From the IMG/VR virus record IMGVR_UViG_3300010885_027635, positions 27,667 to 91,666 of that record: a stretch of 64,000 nt of DNA; one strand, given 5' to 3'. Positions 55,319 to 64,000 of the stretch are shown one piece after another. The notes beneath the pieces were generated by a model. The model had not been told where the DNA came from, did no database searches, and saw only the letters and a list, made by a program, of their open reading frames with translations. Source of the stretch: a virus. Each line of letters begins with the position of its first letter. Within the stretch, counting starts at the first letter, position 1. Position numbers and translations under genes: made by a program.

Positions 55319-55333
55319 GCGAGCTAAAAACCC

Positions 55334-57523
55334 ATGGCCAATGAAAATGATGAAATAATTGACGGAATGAGCAAATTGCGAGATTCCTTTCAAGGTATTT
55401 CTCGCCAAGCCAAAGATGACGCACAAGGCTTAGATGCTTTTTTAAAAGCCACTGGGCAAGGTGCCGCTGCAGTTACCAAAAGTCTAGGAAGCTGGGCCGC
55501 TGGTGCCAGCAACGGAAAAACCAGTTTTCAAAGTTTGGAAAATGTAGTTGACATAGCCAGCGGTGCGTTGCAAGCTATGGCCAAGACTGTTCCCTACGCA
55601 GGACAAGCTGCAGCTGCGGCTATCGAAGCCACAGGCGAAGCTACCAAATTCTTACTTAAACAAATGGATCAATCCATCAAGGCCTATAATGATGTGGCCA
55701 AAGTTGGTGCCGCCACTGCTGATGGCATCAAAGGAATGCAACGACAATTTATTGCGTCGGGCATGCCGTTGACCAGTTTTACCAAAATAGTAGGCCAAAA
55801 CTCTGTGGCTTTAGCACGTTGGCGTGGCGTCACTGGCGAAGGTGCCGAAGACTTTAGTGACATAGTAGGAAAGTTTACCAAACAAGGTGATGACAGCTTG
55901 CGTATGTTGGGTATGAATGCAGAGCAAATAGGTGAAACCACTGCAGCCTATTTGTCACAGCAAACACGTCTTGGAGAAGCCCAAGGCAAATCCAATCAGC
56001 AACTAGCTGATGGTACCAGAAAGTATGCCATAGAACTAGATCAACTGCAAAAAGTCACAGGCCTGAATCGCAGTGAAATACAAAAGCAACAAGACAAGGC
56101 ATTAAGTGAAAGTCGTTTCAGAGCCAACATACAAGACATGACCGACAAAGGTCAAGGCGAAACTGCACAGAAATTTTTAAGATTATCAACAGCCATGGGC
56201 GATGGTGAACTAGGAAAAGGCATCAGAGATATATTAGGGGGTGCCAATACCAAGGCCGCCAAGGCCCTGATAGCATCCAGTGGTGGTGCTGTTAATGACA
56301 TTATTGATCGAATGAAAAGCGGTCAAATTGATGAAAAGCAAGCACAGGTTGAATTGCAAGCAGCCACTAGAAAAAACATGGACAGCCAACGACAGTACGC
56401 TAAAACAGCAGACAAAAATACTAGTCCGTTTGTTGATCAAGCCGAACTGTCTGATTTTAATAATCGAGATCTTAATAAGGCCTGGGACAAGGCCAAAACA
56501 GCTACAGCAGCTCAAATAGACGGCCAAGACCAATTGACCAAAGACACGGTCAAAGCACAAAAAAATATTGAACGTATGAATATAGAAATCCAAGAGCTGG
56601 GATTTACGTTCATGGACAAAGCAGCACCGGTTGTGAAAAATGTAGCCAAATCCATGGCCGACATGTTCAAATGGGTCAATAAACAGCTAGGTAAAAAAGA
56701 CGACGAGCGGGTTGATCGTGCATTGGTAGCATCTGGGTCAACTGGTACCGGCATGGACATGGGTGGCGGCGAAATCATGGCCGCTCAAGCCGGTGGTAGT
56801 GATGATCAGAAAAAAACACTGGCAGAAAAAATTATACAAGCTGAGTCAGGCGGAAAAAACATAGCCAATCAAAGTGGTGAAGGCGGCAAAGCTACAAGTT
56901 CGGCATTTGGTCTGGCACAGTTTACCAAAGGTACGTTTGAAGGGCTGGCCGGCAAAGCTGGCAAAGAAAATCCTCTGTACGGCAAAACCTGGGATGATTA
57001 TAAATCAGATACTGGTGTACAAAAAGAAGCATTAAATCAGCTAATGGATACTAATCGTCAGTATCTGGAAAAACAAAAGGTAAGCACCTCTGATGCAGCC
57101 ATTTATCTGGCACACTTCTTGGGCCCCAATGGTGCTGTAAAAGTTCTAAGCCAACCAGACTCGGCACCACTAGCTAGCGTAATAAGCCCATCGCAAATGG
57201 AAGCAAACCCTATGCTTCAAAAAATGTCTACAGTAGCAGACATTAAAGAATGGGCAGACAAAAAAATGGGCGGAGGCGGATATGCCAGTGCAGCCGCTGG
57301 TGCTATCCTAAGTGGCCCTATGAGTGGCTATCAACCCAACTCATCCATGGAAGGTATTGATGTCAAACCGTTGACACCAGAAAATTTAAGCAATGCAATG
57401 TCTGGTCAAGCTGGCAACGACAATGAGCTGTACGGGCTACAATTAACACAGCTTGACGCAATGATATCTACTGCTCGTGAGCAGTTATCCTACAAAGAAA
57501 AATTATTAAACTATCGGACTTGA
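55334..57523 (+). CDS. Tape-measure-like protein A with lysozyme/SLT-like domain
   Basis: Long Ala/Gln/Lys-rich helical region; IIQAESGG...SSAFGLAQFTKGTF...YLAHFLGPNGA. Confidence 0.7.
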   Translation: MANENDEIIDGMSKLRDSFQGISRQAKDDAQGLDAFLKATGQGAAAVTKSLGSWAAGASNGKTSFQSLENVVDIASGALQAMAKTVPYAGQAAAAAIEATGEATKFLLKQMDQSIKAYNDVAKVGAATADGIKGMQRQFIASGMPLTSFTKIVGQNSVALARWRGVTGEGAEDFSDIVGKFTKQGDDSLRMLGMNAEQIGETTAAYLSQQTRLGEAQGKSNQQLADGTRKYAIELDQLQKVTGLNRSEIQKQQDKALSESRFRANIQDMTDKGQGETAQKFLRLSTAMGDGELGKGIRDILGGANTKAAKALIASSGGAVNDIIDRMKSGQIDEKQAQVELQAATRKNMDSQRQYAKTADKNTSPFVDQAELSDFNNRDLNKAWDKAKTATAAQIDGQDQLTKDTVKAQKNIERMNIEIQELGFTFMDKAAPVVKNVAKSMADMFKWVNKQLGKKDDERVDRALVASGSTGTGMDMGGGEIMAAQAGGSDDQKKTLAEKIIQAESGGKNIANQSGEGGKATSSAFGLAQFTKGTFEGLAGKAGKENPLYGKTWDDYKSDTGVQKEALNQLMDTNRQYLEKQKVSTSDAAIYLAHFLGPNGAVKVLSQPDSAPLASVISPSQMEANPMLQKMSTVADIKEWADKKMGGGGYASAAAGAILSGPMSGYQPNSSMEGIDVKPLTPENLSNAMSGQAGNDNELYGLQLTQLDAMISTAREQLSYKEKLLNYRT

Positions 57524-57526
57524 TAA

Positions 57527-59572
57527 ATGGCAACTGATAACGAACTACAACAACAAATGGACGAATTGCGTCAAGCTGTACAAGGGCTTGCCTCAGCCAG
57601 CCAAGACGCTGAAAAAGGCCTAGAGGCCTTTGGCAAAGCCACATGGAAAGGCGTCAAGAGTATTGGCCCAGGTCTTGGCAGTCTGGCCAAAACTGTTGGC
57701 GAAGGTGATACCAGCTTCAAGTCCATGAACAAGGTAGTAGACATTGCAGCCAATGCACTAGGTGGCATGGCCAAAGCCATACCGTTTGCTGGTGATGCAC
57801 TGTCGGCTACACTCAAAGCAACTGCCGAAGCAGCCAAGTTCTTGCTGGATCAAATGGATCAAGCAACCAAGTCGTTCAACAGCATGGCGGAAGTGGGTGC
57901 ATTGGGTGCCGATGGCATGCAAGGTGTGTTGGATCAGTCCAACGCAACAGGATTAGCATTAACATCGTGGACCAAGCTGGTACAAACCAATTCAGTAGCC
58001 CTGGCCAGAATGTCGGGCATTGCCGGCGATGGTGCCAAGGTATTTTCTGAAGCAGTTGGCAAATTAACACAAGGTAACGATGACAGTTTGCGTATGTTGG
58101 GTATGAATGCTGACCAGATTGGTGAAACAGTTGGAGCCTTTGCAAGCCAGCAAACCAGACTGGGTCGTAGTCAAAGCATGACAGCAGATCAATTGGCACT
58201 GGGTGCCAAAGAATATGCCATGGAGCTGGACCAATTGCAAAAAGTCACAGGCATGAGCCGAGACGCCATACAAAAACAACAAGATTCTGCCCTAAGCGAA
58301 AGCCGTTTCCGAGCCAACTACGAAGACTTGCTGTCACAAGGCAAAGAAAAAGAAGCCAAAGCATTAATGGCCCTGCAGACCAGCATGAGCAGTTACAGCA
58401 AAGAGCTAGGACAAGGCACAAGGGATTTAGTGTCAGGAGCAGCCAACACCGAAGCAGCCAAGCAGTTGATGAATCAAACCAATGGTGCCGCACAAGACAT
58501 TATTGCTCGTGTCAAATCTGGAGAGATTGATCAAGATCAGGCCGAGCGAGAATTGCAAGCGGCCATGAAGAACAATAAAGAAACCATGCTTCAACATGCC
58601 AAGGTAGTTGACGGCAATAGCGAAGCATATGGCAACGTTGCTGGCTCTATGGATTTTATCAATAGAGATCTAGAAAAAAGTGCAGATAAAGCTAAAACCA
58701 CTAGAGAAGCACAACTGTCTGCACAAGATAAACTGACCAAAGACACCATTGAAGCACAAAAACAAATTGAACGCATGGGCATGGAAGTTCAAAAAATGAC
58801 CATCAAAGCATTGCCATACGCAGCTGCAGCAGTAGAAAAAGTAAGTGGTGCGTTAGCAGGTCTCACAAAATTTATTAACGCAATGATTGGCGGAGAAGAT
58901 ACAGGTGCTGCCGCGGTTGAGCCGGGTTCAACTGGTACTGGTATGGACATGGGTGGTTCAGAAATTATGGCCGCAGCAGGAACCACAGCCAGCCAAAAAG
59001 ATCTAGCCAAAATGGGTCTCAAGATCAAAGAAGGCGACGTGCAAGCATCAGGTGCACAAATCAGCACACAACTGATAGAAATGGCCAAAAAAGTACAGGC
59101 CACAGTTCCAGGTTTTGCCTACTTTAGTGGCTTCAACGACAAGTTCCATCAAGAAAAATCGCCCAGTAGCAGTCACACAACTGGCCGTGCCATGGACTTT
59201 GCCTTAGCGTCACCACCTAGTCCAGAAGAAGGTGAAAAAATTGTGGGCATGCTTAAAAACATGGGTGCAAGTCTGGCCATTGATGAATATAACAATCCCA
59301 GTAGCAAAGCCACAGCTGGACACATACATGCTCAAGTTTCTGCCGCTTCCGGTGCAGTGTTAAGCGGTCCTAGTGGTGGATACTCACCGGGCCTTACCAT
59401 GCACGGTACAGAAGCTATTGTGCCACTTGACACACCCGAAAGTTCTGCTATGAATTTGGGCGGCGGCAATACCGAAATGATGACCATGCAGTTGGCCAAA
59501 CTAGAAGAGCTGGCATCAATTTTCAAAAGTCAGCTGTCGGTAGATCAAAAATTATTACAGTACTCTAGCTAG
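57527..59572 (+). CDS. Tape-measure-like protein B with M15-like (LAS) peptidase domain
   Basis: Paralog of A; SSHTTGRAMDF...GHIH zinc-peptidase motif; C-terminal MHGTEAIVPL. Confidence 0.7.
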   Translation: MATDNELQQQMDELRQAVQGLASASQDAEKGLEAFGKATWKGVKSIGPGLGSLAKTVGEGDTSFKSMNKVVDIAANALGGMAKAIPFAGDALSATLKATAEAAKFLLDQMDQATKSFNSMAEVGALGADGMQGVLDQSNATGLALTSWTKLVQTNSVALARMSGIAGDGAKVFSEAVGKLTQGNDDSLRMLGMNADQIGETVGAFASQQTRLGRSQSMTADQLALGAKEYAMELDQLQKVTGMSRDAIQKQQDSALSESRFRANYEDLLSQGKEKEAKALMALQTSMSSYSKELGQGTRDLVSGAANTEAAKQLMNQTNGAAQDIIARVKSGEIDQDQAERELQAAMKNNKETMLQHAKVVDGNSEAYGNVAGSMDFINRDLEKSADKAKTTREAQLSAQDKLTKDTIEAQKQIERMGMEVQKMTIKALPYAAAAVEKVSGALAGLTKFINAMIGGEDTGAAAVEPGSTGTGMDMGGSEIMAAAGTTASQKDLAKMGLKIKEGDVQASGAQISTQLIEMAKKVQATVPGFAYFSGFNDKFHQEKSPSSSHTTGRAMDFALASPPSPEEGEKIVGMLKNMGASLAIDEYNNPSSKATAGHIHAQVSAASGAVLSGPSGGYSPGLTMHGTEAIVPLDTPESSAMNLGGGNTEMMTMQLAKLEELASIFKSQLSVDQKLLQYSS

Positions 59573-59608
59573 ACTGCGGTAAATATAGCACTACTAAGGA
59601 ATTAGATA

Positions 59609-61450
59609 ATGGCTATAGACAGCGGCCGCAACGGGCGTAATGGGGGTTGGAGAAAGTACTTTAAGGTTGCCAACACCGGCGGACAACTGAGTCCTATTTC
59701 AGGACAAAACCAGTTTGGACTACCTAACTACCCACGCCAAACTGGTGCAGGGTTTGAAAACGGTGGCACAGGCAATGACTTTGCCTTCCGCAACTATGCC
59801 AGCAGACTACCAGAGGTATATTCTGGGCATCCTAATCGTATTGAACGTTATAATCAGTACGAAAACATGGACTGCGATAGTGAAGTAAATGCCTGTTTAG
59901 ACATCATAGCTGAGTTTAGTACTCAGATGAATAACGAAAACGAAACACCGTTTGAAATTAATTTTACAGACAAGCCCACGGACCACGAAGTAGAAATTAT
60001 TAAAAAGCAACTACAGCAGTGGACCAAAATGAACAAGTTGGATCAGCGTATATTCAAACTGTTTCGCAACACCATCAAGTACGGCGACCAAGTATTTGTG
60101 CGTGACCCAGAAACATTTGAAATGATGTGGGTAGACATGGTCAAAGTTGCCCGTGTTATTGTAAACGAAAGCGAAGGCAAGCGTCCTGAGCAGTATATCA
60201 TTCGCGATATTAACCCTAACTTCCAAAACATGAGTGTGGCACAAAAGACTACAAGTGATTACTATGTGAGTCGTGCCACAGGATCTGCAGGACAAAACAA
60301 CTATTCTGCACCCAATGGCGGTGGTGGCGGTGGAGCAGGTGGTGGCGGTGGACAGAGCCGTTTCACACAGGCCATGAACGAAACTTGCATTGATAGTCGT
60401 CACGTGGTACACATTAGCCTAAACGAAGGCTTGGACTTTTTCTGGCCATTTGGACAAAGTATCCTAGAAAACATTTTCAAAGTTTACAAACAAAAAGAAC
60501 TGCTGGAAGATTCAGTATTGATTTATCGTGTACAACGTGCTCCAGAGCGTCGTGTGTTTAAAATTGACGTGGGCGACATGCCAAGCCACATGGCCATGCA
60601 GTTTGTTGAGCGTGTCAAAAACGAAATGCATCAGCGTCGTATTCCTACCACCACAGGTGGTGGTGCCAACATGATGGATGCCAGCTATAATCCACTCAGT
60701 ATCAACGAAGACTTCTTCTTTCCGTTCAACGGTGCCAGTGGCCGCGGCAGTAGTGTAGACACCTTGCAAGGCGGACAAAATCTAGGCGAAATTGACGATT
60801 TAAAATACTTTAACAACAAAATGGCACGTGGTTTGCGTGTGCCAAGTAGCTATTTGCCCACCGGTCCAGACGACTCAAATCTGGCCATGAATGACGGTCG
60901 TGTGGGCACAGCACTCATACAAGAATACCGTTTTAACCAGTACTGCATGCGTTTACAACGCTTGGTCATGCAGAAATTAGATGACGAATTTAAAATGTTC
61001 TTGCGTTGGAGAGGATTTAACATTGACTCTGGCCTGTTTAATGTTACGTTATGTGAGCCACAAAACTTTGCCAGTTACCGTCAAAGTGAGTTGGATACCA
61101 CACGTATCAGTGCATTTACACAGCTAGAACCCTTGCCTTACATGAGTAAACGCTTTATGATGAAGCGTTATTTAGGCCTTAGCGAAGAAGAAATTGTTGA
61201 AAACGAAGCCATGTGGATGGAAGAACGTGATGAACCAGACCTTGAAACTACACAAGGTCAAGATCTACGCTCAATTGGTATTACACCCGCAGGCATGGAA
61301 CAAGACATTGCCACTGGTGAAGAGCTAGCCGGTGCTGAAGGTGGTGCTGAAGCAGGTGCTCCACAAGCTGGCGGAACACCTCCGGCTGCTGGTCAAAGCC
61401 CTGGTGCAGGTGCCGCAGGTGGCGGTGCTCCTCCGATACCTACAATATAA
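59609..61450 (+). CDS. gp20: Portal vertex protein gp20
   Basis: LLEDSVLIYRVQRAPERRVFKIDVG, EDFFFP...RGSSV.TL.GGQNLGEIDDLKYF, L.VP.S. Confidence 0.92.
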   Translation: MAIDSGRNGRNGGWRKYFKVANTGGQLSPISGQNQFGLPNYPRQTGAGFENGGTGNDFAFRNYASRLPEVYSGHPNRIERYNQYENMDCDSEVNACLDIIAEFSTQMNNENETPFEINFTDKPTDHEVEIIKKQLQQWTKMNKLDQRIFKLFRNTIKYGDQVFVRDPETFEMMWVDMVKVARVIVNESEGKRPEQYIIRDINPNFQNMSVAQKTTSDYYVSRATGSAGQNNYSAPNGGGGGGAGGGGGQSRFTQAMNETCIDSRHVVHISLNEGLDFFWPFGQSILENIFKVYKQKELLEDSVLIYRVQRAPERRVFKIDVGDMPSHMAMQFVERVKNEMHQRRIPTTTGGGANMMDASYNPLSINEDFFFPFNGASGRGSSVDTLQGGQNLGEIDDLKYFNNKMARGLRVPSSYLPTGPDDSNLAMNDGRVGTALIQEYRFNQYCMRLQRLVMQKLDDEFKMFLRWRGFNIDSGLFNVTLCEPQNFASYRQSELDTTRISAFTQLEPLPYMSKRFMMKRYLGLSEEEIVENEAMWMEERDEPDLETTQGQDLRSIGITPAGMEQDIATGEELAGAEGGAEAGAPQAGGTPPAAGQSPGAGAAGGGAPPIPTI

Positions 61451-61457
61451 ATACAGC

Positions 61458-61679
61458 ATGATCCTTAACGAACTATACAACCGTAGCCCTGAAGCGTATC
61501 AGGATGTGAGTCAAGACAACAGTCAACCGCAATTGGGCGACCTGCGTAAGACTCGTCTCACTCTACAGCAACTTAGTAAATTACGTCAAATGAATGATGT
61601 GCGTAATTTTGAATACAAAGAAAAACTCAAAAAGGTGCGTCAACAATATGCACCTCCTCCTGCCGCTCCGGCAATGTAG
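61458..61679 (+). CDS. Small head-assembly protein
   Basis: Start MILNEL at 61458 directly after TATAAATA (61446-61453); RKTRLTL.QL.KLR. Confidence 0.65.
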   Translation: MILNELYNRSPEAYQDVSQDNSQPQLGDLRKTRLTLQQLSKLRQMNDVRNFEYKEKLKKVRQQYAPPPAAPAM

Positions 61680-61787
61680 TAAAACTGTAATAAAAACAGT
61701 CAAAAACTAACACTTTTAAACCTTAAAAGTACCTATATTTTGTAATATATGTAAATATATCTACGAGCCATTCTTTAAGGAGAAAAT

Positions 61788-62657
61788 ATGACATCGAAAT
61801 TTGAACAATTGATCGAATACGTGATCAATGATGAAGAGGCAAAAGCCAAAGAACTTTTCCACGATATCGTGGTAGAAAAGTCCCGTGAAATCTACGAAAA
61901 CCTCATGAATGAGGAAGACGAAGAATTAGACGAAGCTGAAGAATTGGACGAAGAGTCTGATGCAGAACGCGACGACCATGCCGAAAAAGCAGGCAAAAAA
62001 GTTGCCAAAGACATCGAGTACGATGAAATGCACGAAGACTTTGGTGGCGATGCTAGCGACGAGTTAATTGACAACGTTGAAGCTGAAGAACAAGGCATGC
62101 AAGAAGAAGAAGAGTCAGATGTTGAATTTGACGATGCAGCCGAAGAAGACGGCGAAGATCTCACACACGACATGGAAAAAGACCATGACGAAGGTGACAT
62201 TGAAGACCGTGTGGTTGACTTAGAAGACAAGTTAGACGAACTCATGGCTGAATTTGAGTCATTGATGGGTGGTGATGAAGGTGGTGATAGTGTATCTGAT
62301 ATCGACGGCGGCGACGCTTTAGAAATGGACGACACAGACACAGCTGAATTTACTGACGAAGAAATGGGCATGATGGAAGCTGTTAGTTTGTCCAAAGTAA
62401 CACCTGCAAAAATGGGTGATGACGGTGCCAATACAAAAAGTGTAGTGCCACAGAATTCTGGTGCAAAAGGCATGGCAGCTAGTCCAGTTAAAATGACTGG
62501 TGACACAGCTCAAGGCCGTCCTGCTCCAAAAACAGGCGAGTTGATTGGTAAAGTACAAAACAGTGTGGGCGGCAACAAAACAATGTCACCAGCTACCAAG
62601 CCAGTAACAGCTCAAGCAAGTGGTGTAAACACAAAAACTCCATTTCCTAAGGCGTAA
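61788..62657 (+). CDS. Highly acidic prohead core/scaffold-like protein
   Basis: Strong AAGGAG RBS, D/E-rich, between portal and protease. Confidence 0.65.
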   Translation: MTSKFEQLIEYVINDEEAKAKELFHDIVVEKSREIYENLMNEEDEELDEAEELDEESDAERDDHAEKAGKKVAKDIEYDEMHEDFGGDASDELIDNVEAEEQGMQEEEESDVEFDDAAEEDGEDLTHDMEKDHDEGDIEDRVVDLEDKLDELMAEFESLMGGDEGGDSVSDIDGGDALEMDDTDTAEFTDEEMGMMEAVSLSKVTPAKMGDDGANTKSVVPQNSGAKGMAASPVKMTGDTAQGRPAPKTGELIGKVQNSVGGNKTMSPATKPVTAQASGVNTKTPFPKA

Positions 62658-62666
62658 TACAGAGAT

Positions 62667-63308
62667 ATGGCTCGATATCTACAAGAACATCTAAGCTTCA
62701 CTCAAGCAAGAGCACAAGTCCTGCTTGAGGAAGCCGCGGATGGCTCTGGTCAGAAAACCATGAAGTTAAAAGGTATCTGCATCGAGGGTGGCGTTCGTAA
62801 CGCCAATGAGCGAGTATATCCTGTTAGTGAAATTGCCAATGCAGTAGACACCATTAACGAACAAATTAAAACTGGTCATTCAGTACTGGGCGAAGTTGAT
62901 CACCCAGATGACTTGAAAATTAATTTGGATCGTGTCAGTCACATGATTGAAAACATGTGGATGGATGGCCCTGCTGGAATGGGCACATTAAAGATACTAC
63001 CTACACCGATGGGCGAACTGGTCAAAACCATGTTGCAATCTGGTGTTAAATTAGGTGTTAGCAGTCGTGGATCAGGTAATGTAAACGACGCTAATGGACA
63101 TGTCAGTGACTTTGAAATAGTCACTGTAGATGTGGTCGCTCAACCGAGTGCTCCAAATGCATACCCAACAGCAATTTACGAAGGCTTGTTAAATCATGCC
63201 GGCGGACAACGCTTGTTGGAAATGTTCAAGGACCCGGCCAAGAGTGGCAAAGCACAGAGCTATGTAAAGAGTGAACTTGTTCGCTTTATACGTGGGCTCA
63301 AAATCTAG
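62667..63308 (+). CDS. gp21: Prohead core protease gp21
   Basis: NANERVYP, GEVDHP, VSH, LPTPMG, LGVSSRGSG, DVVAQPSAPNAYP. Confidence 0.93.
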   Translation: MARYLQEHLSFTQARAQVLLEEAADGSGQKTMKLKGICIEGGVRNANERVYPVSEIANAVDTINEQIKTGHSVLGEVDHPDDLKINLDRVSHMIENMWMDGPAGMGTLKILPTPMGELVKTMLQSGVKLGVSSRGSGNVNDANGHVSDFEIVTVDVVAQPSAPNAYPTAIYEGLLNHAGGQRLLEMFKDPAKSGKAQSYVKSELVRFIRGLKI

Positions 63309-63319
63309 GAGAAATCAGC

Positions 63320-64000
63320 ATGCAGAATGCTATTAAACCGTTACTAGATAGCGAATTGTTAAGTGAAGAAGCTCAGCAAGAAATTACTGAGGCTTGGGAA
63401 TCCAAGTTAAACGAAGCCAAAGAACAAGCTCGTGCAGAACTCCGCGAAGAGTTTGCACAACGCTATGAGCATGATAAGACAGTGATGGTGGAAGCCCTGG
63501 ATCGTATGGTAACAGAAGGTCTACAAGCAGAACTACAACAAGTAGCAGCCGAAAAGCAAGCACTTGCTGAAGATCGCGTTAAGTTTCAAGGCAAGATGAA
63601 AGAGTCAGCTACAAAGTTCAACAACTTTATGGTTACTAAACTTGCTGAAGAAATTGGCGAACTGCGTAAAGACCGCAAGATGCATACAGAAGGTGTTCAG
63701 AAATTAGAATCCTTTGTAGTACATGCACTTGCACGTGAGATTCAAGAATTTGCACAAGACAAACAGGACGTTGTTGAAACTAAAGTTCGTTTGGTGCGTG
63801 AAGCTCGCAAACAGTTAGAAACATTGAAAGGCAAATTTGTTGCTGAATCTGCCAAGAAAATGTCTAACGCTGTTAGCACACACCTCAAGGCTGAACTCAG
63901 TCAGTTACAAGAAGACATCAAAGTTGCTCGTGAGAACAATTTTGGACGTCGTATTTTTGAAGCGTATGCAAGTGAATTTGGTGCAACTCATTTAAATGAG
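63320..64000 (+). CDS. Prohead core scaffold gp22-like (partial, runs off the window)
   Basis: AGGAG RBS, ATG at 63320 (MQNAIKPLLDSELLSEEAQQEITEAWE...), coiled-coil; follows gp21. Confidence 0.75.
   Translation, partial: MQNAIKPLLDSELLSEEAQQEITEAWESKLNEAKEQARAELREEFAQRYEHDKTVMVEALDRMVTEGLQAELQQVAAEKQALAEDRVKFQGKMKESATKFNNFMVTKLAEEIGELRKDRKMHTEGVQKLESFVVHALAREIQEFAQDKQDVVETKVRLVREARKQLETLKGKFVAESAKKMSNAVSTHLKAELSQLQEDIKVARENNFGRRIFEAYASEFGATHLNE

Noticed and set aside
61892-62506. 204-aa antisense Ser-rich ORF
   Set aside because: Shadow of the GAA/GAC-rich acidic gene on the opposite strand
1-64000. Stop-codon reassignment, tRNA genes, integrase/transposase, DGR or retron
   Set aside because: Genes are intact in the standard code with all three stops used, and I recognised no cloverleaf, recombinase or reverse transcriptase motifs

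Overview
This is a 64-kb segment of a large T4-like (myovirus-type) bacteriophage genome, read with the standard genetic code and densely coding. From left to right: (1) 1-14.9 kb, an accessory 'modification' cluster with three N-terminal-Twitch radical SAM enzymes, sulfotransferase-like proteins, several glycosyltransferases, a short DegT-like aminotransferase, a nitronate-monooxygenase-like protein, an SGNH protein, an acyl-CoA ligase and a Bug/TctC binding protein that hints at a betaproteobacterial host; (2) 15-45.5 kb, a minus-strand tail fibre/baseplate module with a 4901-aa wedge protein and gp6-, gp25-, gp5-, hub-, gp53- and gp48-like genes; (3) late sigma factor gp55 and the gp47/gp46 nuclease; (4) two more radical SAMs (one fused to an SDR), then a minimal GIY-YIG protein directly followed by about 410 nt of highly structured non-coding sequence; (5) a three-gene module around an ATE/Bpt-like aminoacyl transferase; (6) a gp26-like gene that a probable -1 slippery site joins to a gp51-like ORF; (7) two paralogous tape-measure-like genes with different peptidoglycan-hydrolase domains; (8) portal, core, prohead protease and scaffold, truncated at the right edge. 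The best candidates for undescribed biology are the GIY-YIG plus large structured RNA pair, the G/GT-style frameshift, and the late-expressed radical-SAM/glycosylation machinery. All family calls come from motif recognition by eye; no database search was run.
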